Shown: in pieces, positions 36,388-49,424 of the stretch
How the letters are laid out: the number at the start of each line of letters is the position of its first letter
Position numbering within the stretch: the stretch's first letter is position 1
Assembly: GCF_009834535.1 (NCBI RefSeq)
Contig: NC_045696.1
Location: 28,956,001 to 29,020,000, forward strand
Reading direction: 5' to 3'
Source: Camelus ferus
Lineage: Eukaryota
DNA length: 64,000 nucleotides
Made by a program: the position numbers and the translations under genes
The notes under the pieces: generated by a model
What the model saw: only the letters and a program-made list of their open reading frames with translations
The model's database searches: none
What the model was told of the DNA's origin: nothing

Positions 36388-38185
36388 TTTTTTTTTTTTC
36401 TGGTAGTTTCTTTGGTTTAGGTATCAGGATAATGTTGGTCTTGTGGAATAAATTTGGGAGTGTTCCATTATCTTAATGTTTTTGGAATAGTCTAAGAAGG
36501 AAGGATATTAGCTCTTTTTATATGTTTGGTAGAACCCGCTGTGAAGCCACCTGGTCCTGAACTTTTGTTTGCTGGGAATTTTTTACCACAAAGTCAATTT
36601 CACTAATGGTGATTGGCCTTTTCAGATTGTCTTTTTTTTTTTTTTTTCCTAATTCAGTCTTGGCAGGTTGTATATTTTAAGAAATCTGTCCATTTATTTT
36701 AGGTTGTCCAATTTCTTGGCATACAGCTATCTATAGTATTCACATAATATTTTTTTGTATTTCTGTGGTATTGGTTATTTCTTCTCATTCACTTCTTATT
36801 ATTCTCTCTCTTTTCTTCTTGATGAGCCTGGCTAAAGGTTTATCAATTTTGCTTATCTCTTAAAAAAAACCCAGCTATTTGTTTCATTGATCTTTTCTAT
36901 TGTTTACTTGGCTTCCATTTTATTTATTTCCCTTGTGATCTCTATTATTTCCTTTCTTCTACTGACTTTGGGCTTTGTTCTTCTTTCAATAATTCCTTTA
37001 GATTGTAGGTTAGTTTGTTTATTTGGGATTTTTCTTGCTTCTTGAGGTAGGCCTATGTTGCTATAAACTTCCCTCTTAGAAGAGTTCTTGCTGCATCCCA
37101 TAGATTTCGGAAAATTGTGTATTTTCATTTGTCTGGGGTATTTTCTGATTTCTTCTTTCATTTCTTCATCGACCCATTGTTTTTCACTAGCATATTGTGT
37201 TTGTGTCTTTCCCATTTTTCTTCCTTTAATTGATTTCTAGTTTCATACTAATGTGGTCAGAAAAAAACGTTGATATAATTTGTATCCTCTTGTTGACACT
37301 TATTTTGAGGCCTACCATGTGATCTGTGTTGGAGAACAGGTCATGTGCATTTGAAAAAAATAACGTATTCTGCTGCTTTTGGATGGAATGTCTTATAGAT
37401 ATCTATCAAGAACAACTAGTCTATTGTGTCATCTAAGACCACTGTTGTCTTATTAATTTTCTGTCTGAATGTTCTGTTCACTGATGTAAGTAAGCTGTTA
37501 GAATCCCCTACTATTATTGTATTATTGTCAATTTTTCCCTTCATGTCTGTTAATGCTTGCTTTATATATTAGATGCTCCTGAACTGGGTACATATATGAT
37601 AACATTTATAATATCCTCTTCTTGTATTGATCATTTTATTATTATATAATGCCCTTATTTGTCTTATTATAGACTGTTTTGAAGTCTTTTTTTGTCTGAT
37701 ATGAATACTGCAACTCCAGGCTTCTTGTTGTTTCCACTTGTATGAAATATCTTTTTCCATCCCTTCATTTTCAGTCTGTGTATATCTTAGCTCTGAAGTC
37801 TCTTGTAAGCAGCATATAGATAGGCCTTAGTTTTTTGTTTTTTGTTTTTTTTTTTTAAATCCAATCAGCCACCCTGTGGTTGGAGCATTCAGTCCATTGA
37901 CATTTAAAGTAATGATTGATAGGAATGTACTTATTGCCACTTTATTATTTGTTTCCTGGTTATTTTTGAAGTTTTTCTCTGCTCTTTCTTTCTTCATTTT
38001 ATTTCTTCCCTTGTGATTTGATTACTTTTTTTAGTAGTATGCTTGTGTTCCTTTCTCTCTAGTATATTTATCGTAGGTTTTTGATTTATGGTTGCCATGA
38101 TGTTCATATATAATGACCTATAACTATATCTACTTGTTTTAAACAAATAGTGCTTTAAAATCAAAAACATTCTAAAAAATCTACA
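36388..38185 (-). mobile_element. L1 inverted 5' segment (inter-ORF region, ORF2 endonuclease to start of RT)
   Basis: Minus strand from about 37940 reads (V)AISTFLSIITLNVNGLNAP, the ORF2 N-terminus. Ends at the internal A-run after the IPKP motif. Confidence 0.95.
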
Positions 38186-39921
38186 GAAAGAAATAAACAT
38201 ATTGTGTTCTTAGATTGGAAGCATTAATATTGTTAAAATGTCCATACTGACAAAAGCAATCTACAGATTTAATGCAAGCTCTATGAAAATATCTATGACA
38301 TAGTTCACAGAACTAGAATAAATAATCCTAAAATTTATATGGAACCAGAAAAGGCCCTGAATCATTAATGAAATCTTGAGAAAATGAAACAGAGCTGGAG
38401 GTATCATGCTCCCTGACTTCAGACTATACTACAAAGCTACATTATGGTACAAAGCTACAAAACAGCCTGGTACTGGCACAAAAACAGACACACAGATCCG
38501 TGGAACAGAATAGTGATCCCAGAAATAAACCAATGTACTTATGGTCAATTAATCTATAACAAAGAGAGAAGAATATTCAATGGAAAAAAGACAGTCTCTT
38601 CAATAAGTGGTTCTGGGAAAACTGGACAGCTATATGTAAAAGAATGACATTAGCACATTACCTCACACCATATGGAAAAATAAACTCAAAATGGATTAAA
38701 GACAATAAACTCAAAATGGATTAAGGGAAGACATGAAAACATAAAACTCCTAGAAGAGAACATAGGCAGAATACTCTTTGACATAAATCATAGCAATATT
38801 TTTGTATCTGTCTCCTAAGGCAAAACAAATAAAAGCAAAAATAAACAAATGGACCCAGTTAAACTTCAAAGCTTTACAAAGCAAAGAAATTTCATTGACA
38901 AAATGGAAAGGACAACCTACTGAATGGAAAAAGATATTTGCAAATAATATAACTGATAGGTTAATATTCAGAATATCTAACAGCTTATACAACTCAATAT
39001 CAAAAAACAAAACAAAACAAAACACCCAAACAACCCAAACAAAAAATGAGCTGGAGACATGAATAGACATTTTTCCTAAGAAGACACACAAGTGGCCAAC
39101 AGGCACTTAAAATCTTAAAATGCTCGACATTGCTAATCATTAGACAAAAGTAAATCAAAACAACAAGATATCACCTCACACCTGTCAGAATTGCTATCAT
39201 CAAAAAGTCTACAAATAATAAATGATGGTGAGGAAGTGGAGAAAAAGGAACCCTTGTACAGTATTGATGGGAATGTAAATTGGTGCAGCCACTTCTGAAA
39301 ACAATATAAAGTTTCCTCAAAAAATTGAAAATAGAAATACCATATGATCAACAAATTCACTCCTGGATATATATCCAAAGAAAATAAAAACACTAATTTG
39401 AACATATACATGTACCCCAGTGTTCATAGTAGTATAATTTACAATAGCCAAGATAATGAAGTAGCCTATGTGCCCATCAACTGATGAACAGATAAAGAAT
39501 ATGTGAGATTAATACTTAGCCATAGAAGAGAATGAAATTCTGCCATTTGCAACAATGTGGATGGACCTAGAGTGCATTACTGCTAAGTGAAATACGTCAA
39601 ACAAGGCAAATATTCTATGTTATCACTTACATGTGGAATATTAATAAAAAACAAAAAAAAAGTGTATTACAAAACAGGAACAGACTTACACATACAGAAA
39701 ATAAACCAGTGGTTATTGGTGGGGAGAAGGGCAAGATAGGAATATAGGATTAAGAGATATAAACTACTATAAATAAATTAGATAAACAAGGATATATTGT
39801 ACAGCACAGGGAAATAGTGCCATTATTTTTAACAGTTTTAAATGGAGTATAATCTATACAAATACTGAATCACTATGTTTTCTGAAATGATACAATATTG
39901 TAAATCAGCTATAATTTAATA
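38186..39921 (+). mobile_element. L1 ORF2 3' part plus complete 3' UTR
   Basis: gattggaagcattaatattgttaaaatg (IGRINIVKM-like); [11 protein letters not shown]; 3' UTR ending tgtaaatcagctataatttaataaaa. Confidence 0.95.
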
Positions 39922-40484
39922 AAAACACAATCTCATGTGTTTGCTAATATGAAAATGATCTCATAAATATTAAATATTTGAGACCCTTTGCACTAATATT
40001 CTAAAAACATAAATTGCATTTAAAATACCATTTAAATTATTGCAACCCTGGCTTTATTCCTGATACTAGTTCTGACATCCACATGTTGTATTAAAATGTA
40101 AACTCTTTTAGGAGATCAGTCCATTTCATCTCTTAAACAATTACCTCTATTCTGAAAGTTTGGTAGCTCCTTAGAGCTCTCTCTGAGTCCATTATTTTAT
40201 TTGCTTTGTTTGAATTTAGAAATTTTGGAAACAAATTTGTTTAAACGGTAGATTCCCTTCTTATTCTCTATAGAGTTCATCTAATTCTAAATCAACTATT
40301 TCACTATTTCAAGAAGAAGTATAAAGTGTAGGTAAAATGTGAGCTATTAAGCAAGAAGGCACATAAATAGATGAGTGATAAATAGACAATAGGTAAATAA
40401 ATAGAGGTAGATGGAGATGGATATATATATAGTACATAGGCTCAAAACTGATATCTATGTATCTCCATCCACACCTACATCTAA

Positions 40485-40532
<48 letters not shown>
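40485..40532. repeat. (ATCT)12 tetranucleotide microsatellite
   Basis: Direct read. Confidence 0.97.
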
Positions 40533-40534
<2 letters not shown>

Positions 40535-41039
40535 ATCTAAAGGAATTTCAAATGCAGGAACCTCAGGTGTATAGAATTGAGTTGGTCTTAGTCCATTCAT
40601 AGGATCTTGTCATCAGCATCCTGCTCATTTTCATTCTAATGTTTTCTATTTAATCACTAGCCCTAATTGTACTCCTCTTCCTGACACTGATACTCAGTCT
40701 CATAGATTTATTGACTTTATGTCTAAGTATATATGTGTACAAATAAATATATAAAGTACTATTTGGAGGTTATTTATATAAATTTTAAAGATTTTTGTCA
40801 TTTCTGGTTCAATATATTTCATACCAAGTTTTCCCAAATATAGATTGTTTTTTCTTTAAATTTGCCAAAAAATTAATTGTCCCTATATAGCATGTTTTAC
40901 TTTACCTTCCACTATTGATGGAACACTAAGATATATTCAGTGCATTACCATCATAAGCAATGCATAGTCAAAGCTTTCTGTGCAGCAGAGTACATTCATT
41001 GGGCTATCTGTGATCTCACCTATAGCTGTCATTTAAAAT

Positions 41040-41424
41040 CCCCATACATATAGGACAAAATAAGTTCTTTCTGTTTTCTCCTTTAATGGAAGCAAAAGAA
41101 GCTTGCTCATCAGGAACTGTGGAGAGTGCACACCAAGGAAATTATCCTCAACAGGTGGAGGACTAAATAGGTAACCAGAACCCAGCCTACAGAGGGCAAC
41201 CCTGCTGTATAATCTCCATGTTGCCTCAGTTGGGGACCAACAGAATTCAGCTCTACTCACCCACAAATGTACCTAGCTCTATAAAATGTATCTTGCTGTT
41301 TTTCCTTCCTTCCCTGTCAAAATCTTTCCACTCATTTTTTCCAGATTGCCTGGATCGCCTCCCAAATGAATCAGCTTCATCCAGGTCCTTGTGACAGGCT
41401 TTGAAGGGAACCAGGTAAGCTACA
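41040..41424 (+). mobile_element. ERVL LTR (LTR16-like)
   Basis: 3' end cctcccaaatgaatcagcttcatccaggtccttgtgacaggctttgaagggaacc...aca resembles LTR16 termini. 5' boundary uncertain. Confidence 0.5.
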
Positions 41425-41504
41425 ATGTCATGACAGACATTTCTACATATGATTTCCTGAGAATTTATGTTGGATTGAGGATCGTAGGGTGTGAATATAG
41501 TGAA

Positions 41505-41975
41505 TATGACATGCTGAATTATTGTACCCACATTTCCGCTCCTCCCTATTACAGATTTACTTACTCCTGGCCATGGCCATGTGACCTTGCAGTGCCTTCC
41601 ACTCCAGTAGAAGATATTCCCTTATGTCACTGGTTTTGGAATTGGTCATGTAGCTAGCACATCTAGTGGAATTTTAGTGTCCAAAATAGAAACAGAGGCT
41701 CAAATGTGCTTGCATAATTTTTCTTTACCTCTTGTGCTCCTGAGATATACCCTGAGGTGAGCATGCCTCAGATAGCAGCTGCTCCTTCAGCCGGAACCCC
41801 AGATTATTAACATGTGGAGTTGACATAATCTCAACTGCAAGTCAGAGACCAACTGGGGCCAGCCAAACCCAGCCTAGATCAACCAAACTAGAACTGCAGA
41901 TATATGGACAAAAATAAATATTTTGTGTGTCTGTGAGATTTCTGAGGTTGTTACCCAGAAGAAGATTAATACCAT
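41505..41975 (+). mobile_element. MaLR LTR (MLT1I/J-like)
   Basis: gccatgtgaccttgcagtgcct; cagaggctcaaatgtgcttgc; agccaaacccagcctagatca; aataaa. Confidence 0.75.
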
Positions 41976-41984
41976 AATTAGTTT

Positions 41985-42651
41985 TGAGACAAGAGGGAAG
42001 GGGGCAGTGCACAACCATTAAAAGAATAACACAACAATTAGCACCAAGATGGTGGAAGATTCAGTTCCCAGTAGACCTTGAGGCCCAAGATGGCTAGAGA
42101 TTTGACTTCTAGTAGATCTTCAGCATTATTATATGCTCATTATAACATATTAGCATGGTAAATGACACACCCACAGGCACCATGACAGCTCTGAGGCTGA
42201 TCATAAAAGGTCAAAAAATGGGTGGTGACCCAGTTCCTGGGAACCTCTGCCCCTTCCCCAAAGTAGTTGGAATAATCCTCCCACTTGTTAGCATATGAAA
42301 TTACCATAAAAACTAACAACCCCCACACCTTGTGGCTGATCTCACTTTCCTAGACAACCCCATGCTCTTAGGCCACTGCCTCTTGTCTCTTGCTTTTGGC
42401 CTTTTTAAAATGGCCCGCATTCTGAGTTTGGAATGTATATCTCTTAAGGGGCTTGGTCACTCTCTCCTGCCTTCTGAGATGGCCTGAACTTTGTCTGTGG
42501 AGTATGTGCCTCTCTGAATAAATCTACTTTTACTCAACTATGGCTAACTTTTGAACTTTTGCCAAGGACCCTCACTTGGCAAGGTGAGTCTCAGGGACTC
42601 AAATAAAACGTGGGACATGGCCATCCTCTAGCACCCTACTTTCCTGTGTCA
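41985..42651 (+). mobile_element. ERV1 solo LTR, MER41-like
   Basis: TG...CA ends, perfect 4-bp TSD gttt (41981-41984 and 42652-42655). tgctcattataacatattagcatg...acacacccac...ccatgacag is a MER41-type block. AATAAA at about 42518. Confidence 0.85.
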
Positions 42652-44084
42652 GTTTCACTATAATGTCCTATTGTTTTACAAAATAGCTGCCTAGTTATTT
42701 ATACCATGGACAATGGATATTCAAAGCGCTAATATTTGCCAATTCATTAGGTGAAAGGTGGCATCCTGCAGAGGCTTTAATTTGTATTTTTCTGCTTCCT
42801 GGTGAGGTTATATATCATTCTATACATTGTTAGCCATGTGAGTTTCCGTTTATTAAAAATGATTATTCATTTTCTTATAGTTTCTATTGGATCTCCTTTG
42901 AAGGAATGCATTTATATTTTATATATTCTTTTGTGCTATAGTGTTTTTTCAATATTGCAATGATTGCTTCTGTTAATTTGTCAGTATATGTCAGTATCAA
43001 GAAATTATTTTGACTTAGTCAATTTACATATATAAATATACATAGATAAAATGTATACATATATAATTTAATTTTGAAATTTGAGGATCTTATGTAAGTA
43101 TGTTTCTTAATCTTTTGATAAAGGTATTTCCATATATATATTTCTTCTATTGATTTTATTATTTTACTTTCATGGTCAAAGTAATACGGATTTCTGTTTC
43201 ATGTGGTTGGAGACAGACTGCTAATTTTATTTTTCTTTATCATTTCTTTTCCATTGATAAATGACATCACATACATACTTATACCAAGTTTCCAAAATAC
43301 TTTTATTCTTTTCTGGATTCTTTATTAGGTTCCAGTTTTATTGCTACAGTTTTGTAGTGTTTCTTAAATACCTAGTGGAGAAGGCTTCACTCCCCCAACC
43401 CCACCACATGGTGTATCTTTTACAAGACAGTTTTATCAATTCATCGAATTTCATAATTACTTATTAATTTGAGAATCAGTTTTTCAGGATCCTTTTAAAA
43501 TTCTGTTTGTTGAGTGAGTAGAATTGAACCGAGTTTTATAATAATTGGGGGGGGGAAATGTATTCCTACAATATTGGTCTCTATTCCAATATAACATTTT
43601 CACTGTATTTGTATTTTTAAAAATAATATTTGATGGAGTTTTAAATGTCAGTCAAGTCCCTATGGACCCCTTCTTCCACTCATTGATCCTTTGTATGTGC
43701 TGTTCTCCACACTAAGAAAAGCCCCCGAGCACATGTTGCCCAGCTAATTTCTACTCTTCATTTATGGCTCATTTTTAACCTTATTTCCTCAAGGATACCA
43801 TTTCTTTAAAACTGACTACATAAAATGGCCCTATTCATATTCAATAAGTATCATATATTCAAATATTGCTGTCAAGAGACTTGATATCCCAAGGGGCATC
43901 ATTCTTGAAAAGTAATGTCAACTATACTAATGCACACTACTGTAATACATTTTTAAGGATTAATTTTACCTTGTGTCTTTTTTTTTACCATCATATGCTC
44001 TCAGAAAAGACATGAAGAGGTTAACATTTATATGTATTTTATATAATTGCATAATATATAAATATGTTACATGTGGGGCAAGCT

Positions 44085-44310
44085 TATAGAGTGCTCGTTT
44101 CCCAGTACTAATCTAGGAGCTTTACATATGTTAATTAATTTAATCATTATAACAACTCTGTGAGGTAGGTGCTATTATTATCATGCCTGGTTTATAAAAA
44201 CTGAGAAAAAAGTTAAGTAAATTGTTCAGATCACACAGCTGAAAAGTAGTGAAACTAATATTTAAATCCAAAGTATGGTTTGCAGTCCATAATTTTAAGC
44301 CCTGTACATT
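44085..44310 (-). mobile_element. MIR SINE
   Basis: aacaactctgtgaggtaggtgctattattatc...aaactgag...gttaagtaaattgttcagatcacacagct. Confidence 0.75.
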
Positions 44311-47300
44311 TATATCATTGTTTATAAATTCCATGTTATTTAATGGTCACAATAATATGGCATAGTAAATATGACATTGAGTTCATTATTCAAATGAGAA
44401 ATCTGAGAACTCATGTCAATACTTTCATAGGGCATATAAATACAAAGTTCTGCAGCAAGTGCTTACAGGTGTCTAACTTTATATTTTACATGCTATAAGT
44501 TATGAAATAATGAGAGGAACTCCATATTATAGAATGTATTATACCATCTAGACTATGGTAATAAAAGCATAATAATTTCTATACATTTTCAAAATATAAT
44601 TTTCAATCATTATTTATCCTAACATATGCATATATTTCCTGTTTGACCACAAGGATCTATAGTGATCTTTTCAAAGATGTCTCCATTATGGAACAATACA
44701 GATGGTCTTAAACAGGATGTCAGTTAACAAAGAAAACACTGAAATTTCAGAACCTCTTTTCAGCAACTTTTTAAAAATCTGTATTTACTCTCATAATTGT
44801 TATAGGGTTACAAAGGAAACAGTTAAGGGGGTACTTAATTTAGTAACTAGATATTAGATTCCCTAGATGTGGTCTAAATGTTATAGAGACTAAAAGATTA
44901 TAAAATATAAATTCAATTTAAGTGTGCTGAGCACAAAGCTGACATTCTTAATCACTCGGAGAAAGCTGTCTAAACCCAGAATCTTTTGCTCATGTCTATT
45001 CTAACTTATGGAAATTTTGGGAAAAAAATAATAGCATTAAGAATTACATTAAAATTTAATAAAGTGTTAGGCTTTTTAGGCATGGATTTGCTTTGAAGTA
45101 AAGCTATTTCAGTTCTTACATATTGTCACAAAATCATTATTAAACCATTCTTTGAAGTTCCAGATGTTTGTAATTCTAGAAATTATACATTGACATCATA
45201 CAGAAAAACTTGAGTCATTTTAAGAATTTGCTGTAAAGTCTAAAGTCTCAAAAGAGTCCCAAATTTAAATACACTTTTTTTTTTCAGGTAGAGACAAAAG
45301 AGCACAACTTTTTCATCTATGTTTTATAGTCATTCTAGCTCTTAATGCAGAAAAGCACATCGGATATTAATGGCAGAAAAGCACATAACAGCATAATCTT
45401 AGTTAACTAACTAATATCAGAAGCAACAGATAAGAGAAAAACATTATACTCGTATTGAAAAGAAAAAGTAGTAAGCAATCTTTATCTTAATAAAAGCATT
45501 TTCTATGTATCACAAGAGTTATACCTAGTTTTAGTATTCTTGATTATTTACATTCTCAATAGTTCATTTAATTCCTAAGTATAATTTTTACATTTTATTT
45601 TTTCCAAATATCCCAAACATACAGAAAAGATGTCATATACCTACCACCTCTTCTATAATGGTGAAATCTCAATATGTTTGCTTTATGATGCATCTGTCAT
45701 TCTTCAAACTATGACTTATCTATCATTCTTCAATCATCATATTTTTGATGTATTTCATATACTTTGTTCCCAAGTACTTTAGAATGCATACATAAAATTG
45801 AGTTTAAGGTTTGGGGGAGCAATATTTACAAGCAGTGATATGCACAAAACTTAAATGAACCTAAGTACAATTTCAAGGCACCTTAGTCTTTCTCATTTCT
45901 GCTCTAAGTTTTGCATCCTTATCCTACACCAGATGTCTCTGTTTCACTATAATTCATATATTCTAAATGGTAGAAATCATAAAAAAGTCTTGTTGTTCCC
46001 TGGCTCTTAGCCAATATGCTGCTTATTCTCGTCAGGATACTAATGTGTCATTTAGACTGTTCTCTGTCACATTCTTACAGGAATATTGAACCAACACAGG
46101 CAACCATCAGCATTTAGCAGTAACAGAGTTAAATAGAAACAAACACAAAAATGCCAAAGCATAAGATAATTAATCCCTAAATGAAAGGCCATTTATAATT
46201 TGGGTATACAAAAGTGACATTACTAAAATTAATAATCAGGACTTCATACACAGGATCTATTTTCCTGATAAAAGGTAGCCTGCCTCTACGTGGGTTGTAT
46301 TAGTATGTGCTATTAAAGGCAACATTGTTAGCCTAAAGGCATGGTACACTGCTAATGTGAAATGTTGCCCTAGGTTTACAAATGATACCACTTGACTGTT
46401 AACAGGCTACCCTATAAAATCAATTACCTCTGCTCTAAATAAAATTTTAGTAGTTTTATAAATAATTTAAACTAAGGGCTACATAGTATTTGAATATTTC
46501 CATCGACCTTGAGAATAAGTTTGTCATTGCCGACTTATCTCTTCATTAAAGGATATTTCTCAGAATTAAAAAAGTGTTAAAACATAGTGCATAAAATTTT
46601 AATATCTACAAAACATGTGGCTTCTTTAATTCTCTAGCCAGTCCTATATTCAGACAATATTAACATACTTTAGAAACCAAACCATCCCATCACTATTTTT
46701 TCAATGTGTTTAGGTGAATCCTAACTCACCATAAATAAGAAAAATATTGCTATCATACTATATGTAAAAAAATGTATTCCAAGAAATCAGAGTAAATCAA
46801 ATTCTTAGTGAATACAAAACACTGTTAGGTGAAATTGTAGTTTGCTTATGTGTATAATATGAGCTGAATAATAATATAAGTATGGTGATTCATCCTTCTA
46901 CATTGTCAACAGTTTAATGACACCAAGAATTAGACAAGGGTCATTTACGAGTAAAGTACTAAACTTAACAGTTTATTAGTTAATTCCAAAAGGAAATATT
47001 CCCAGGATTTAGAAGTTAAATACTTGACATTTCAGGAATTCTAATTCTTCACAACCATTTTCCTTTGCAATCTTTTACTTTTCACTTTTTACAAAAATGA
47101 TCGCAAGTCCTAGACATAAATCAGGTAGTCTAGACCCTGAGACAGCTCTAGTGTTGTTTTACGTGCATTTGTGGTAGTCAGCCCAGAATTTTAAGTATGA
47201 AGTTTCTTTCCCTCTTGTAATCTATTGAATGTCATAAAATCTAAAAGTCATTATTTTACTCCAGCTATGAAATGTCCACATTTCAAAACTATTAAAATGA

Positions 47301-47456
47301 AACAATCTGCATCTTGTCAAATAATACCAAACTGCATGGCACAAAGTGGTGCCAAATAAGGTAAAGCAAAGAGAGGAGGATAACAATTTTTCATACCCAT
47401 CGTTTTATTCCAGATGGGAACAATAGTGTAGTAGTTTTATTTAAAAGTAGGTTAAG

Positions 47457-47582
47457 GGGGGAGGGTATAGCTCAGTGGTAAAATGTGTGCTTAGCATGCA
47501 CGAGATCCTCAGTTCAATCCCCAGTACCTCCATTAAAAGATAAATAAATAAAAACCTAATTACCTCCCCCTCAATTTTTTTT
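47457..47582 (+). mobile_element. Camelid tRNA-derived SINE (vic-1 type)
   Basis: ggggagggtatagctcagtggta (A box) ...gttcaatcccc (B box) ...(taaa)n. 13-bp TSD aaagtaggttaag (47444-47456 and 47583-47595). Confidence 0.92.
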
Positions 47583-47962
47583 AAAGTAGGTTAAGATGAC
47601 AAAACGTCCTTATCAGTTATTACCATTTTCTTCCTAAAATGATAAAATGGAACATTCACTAATAAATAGTTTAAAAGAAATGTGTTTTTCCAGAAAATAT
47701 CCCAGCAAAACATTTTAAGTTAACTATTATCTAAAACTGTGCAATAGCTTTTTCCCTTTTAACTGTACTGTGTTTATTCAGCAATGGTCTCCTAGGCCGT
47801 GTGGCATTTCATTTTTAGGGAACAGCAGGAAGGGTAGTGGGGGGTGAAGCTCTGTATGTTAATAGAAACTTTAAAGTAAACCAGAAATAAAAATGCTGCT
47901 CATTCATCCATTCACTCCTTTATCCTGAAAATGGTCTCTTGATTTAGTTTGTAAATGGATTT

Positions 47963-48845
47963 TGTAGTAAATGCCAAGGCAAACTACCAGGCCCCTGAAG
48001 TTGATTTATTCATGAACCAAACCAAGAGATACGGGCTGGCTCAGTCCAGCCTGGGGAGGAGAGTGCACATCTGGATGGAAGTGGCCTTTGTCTAAGAGCC
48101 TGGCACTCAGACAGCAGTCTGACCCTAAATATTACCTATGTTTCCTCTGTCCTCTCTGTTCTGATAAAACTGCTCATGCTTCTACCTTCCTTTACAGTTA
48201 GCTTTCATAGTTGATAAATAATGATGCTGTAGTCCTCTTGAGAATATTTATATGCCCAAAGGTAAAGCATTAGGCTGTTTTGATCTGCACGTATCAGGTG
48301 TAAGGAAGTATCGCAGTAACTAGGTGCGTGGCTGAGCCACACTGACTCCACTTTGCAGTTCAGTTTTAGGCCCGCAGTCCTACCCCTTCCCCTTTCTGTG
48401 TGACTGAGCTTTAGCCCACTCACAAGGAGTGCCCCCAAGCCAGATAAGTTTCCAATCAATTTTCACTCTTGCCTTCATCTGATATGAAAACTGGAAGAAT
48501 GAATTTTGCTGAGGAATATGGTTAATGGTCATGAGACTCCAGGGGAGAGGAAAAACCCCAGTTCTGATCAGTACTTCTCCCTCGTAGTCAGATTCTATTT
48601 TTAGCTTTTTAGCTTCGGCCTCTTTAAATTCCCCTGTATTCCTTTTGGCAGCTGGGAGGGCAGCTGCACCTGCCTCTGGATCCTTGTCTGCCCCATCCTG
48701 CCTGTAGGTAAGTTACCCACAATAAACCTCATGATTACACTTTACGGAGTGGTCTGCTTCGTTTTTCAGTCTTAAATTTCTTCTCAGTTCCGAGGACATT
48801 ATTCAGCATTGCCCCATTATTCAGTGCCTCCGATCATAAAGCAAA
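47963..48845 (+). mobile_element. ERVL-class LTR (MER54-like)
   Basis: Starts tgtagtaaatgccaaggcaaactaccaggcc. AATAAA at 48721 followed by a MER54/74-type U5. 3' end approximate. Confidence 0.6.
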
Positions 48846-48859
48846 CTGATCCAGAGTCA

Positions 48860-49045
48860 CCTGAATGGGCTCAAGTGCTGGCTCTACTTCTTACTCTCAG
48901 ATGACATTAAAGAGCCTCTCCATTTTCGTATCTGTAAAAACAATCATAATTATAGGACGTCTTTCACAGAGCCATTATGAGCGATCAATTAAAAATTGTG
49001 TTTTAGATACTTAGGAGAGAGTCAGGTCCACAGCATGCACTAACC
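48860..49045 (+). mobile_element. MIR SINE
   Basis: gggctcaagtgctggctctacttcttact...atctgtaaaa. Confidence 0.55.
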
Positions 49046-49424
49046 CTTTGTTATTCTATTGATGGAAGAGATTCTAAAAAAATTTTTGAAAAGTGAAGGT
49101 AACCAAAAACAGACAATCAAATGGATACCTTTGTATAAGGCAGAAACTGCATTTGAGTTTGTCTTTGGATCTTAATATAGTGGACGTGACCTCATGTAAT
49201 TTTGTATCTTTCTTATCCTTCTTTCTGCTGAACTTTCAAGAGTATGTGTTTATTTTGAGGCTCTTAGAGGTTGGTTTTCTTTAAAACAAGCCTCAAGTTG
49301 AGAAGAGGATCTATAGCTCTTTTAGATATAAGATCCCTGAAACATACCTGAGACTTCAGGAATAAGCAAAGGGGTCTGTATGTGGATTTGCTGACTGATG
49401 AATAAGTTGATAAACATATTTAAT

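Larger units (their letters stand above)
40600..43640 (-). mobile_element. Old L1ME-like element interrupted by three LTRs (L1 parts about 40600-41020 and 42656-43640)
   Basis: ccactattgatggaacactaag; tttgccaattcattaggtgaaaggtggcatc...tttaatttgtatttttctg are reverse L1 3' UTR/ORF2 signatures. Confidence 0.55.

Noticed and set aside
28961..39411. ORFs with RT/EN-like peptides
   Set aside because: Fragments of frameshifted, stop-ridden L1 ORF2, not functional CDS.
46318..46370. 9-bp inverted repeat ggcaacatt/aatgttgcc
   Set aside because: Too short to distinguish from chance in 64 kb, and no extended hairpin.
47457..47535. tRNA-like sequence (also at 51280-51355)
   Set aside because: Has an AT-rich tail, TSDs and a second dispersed copy, so it is a SINE rather than a tRNA gene.
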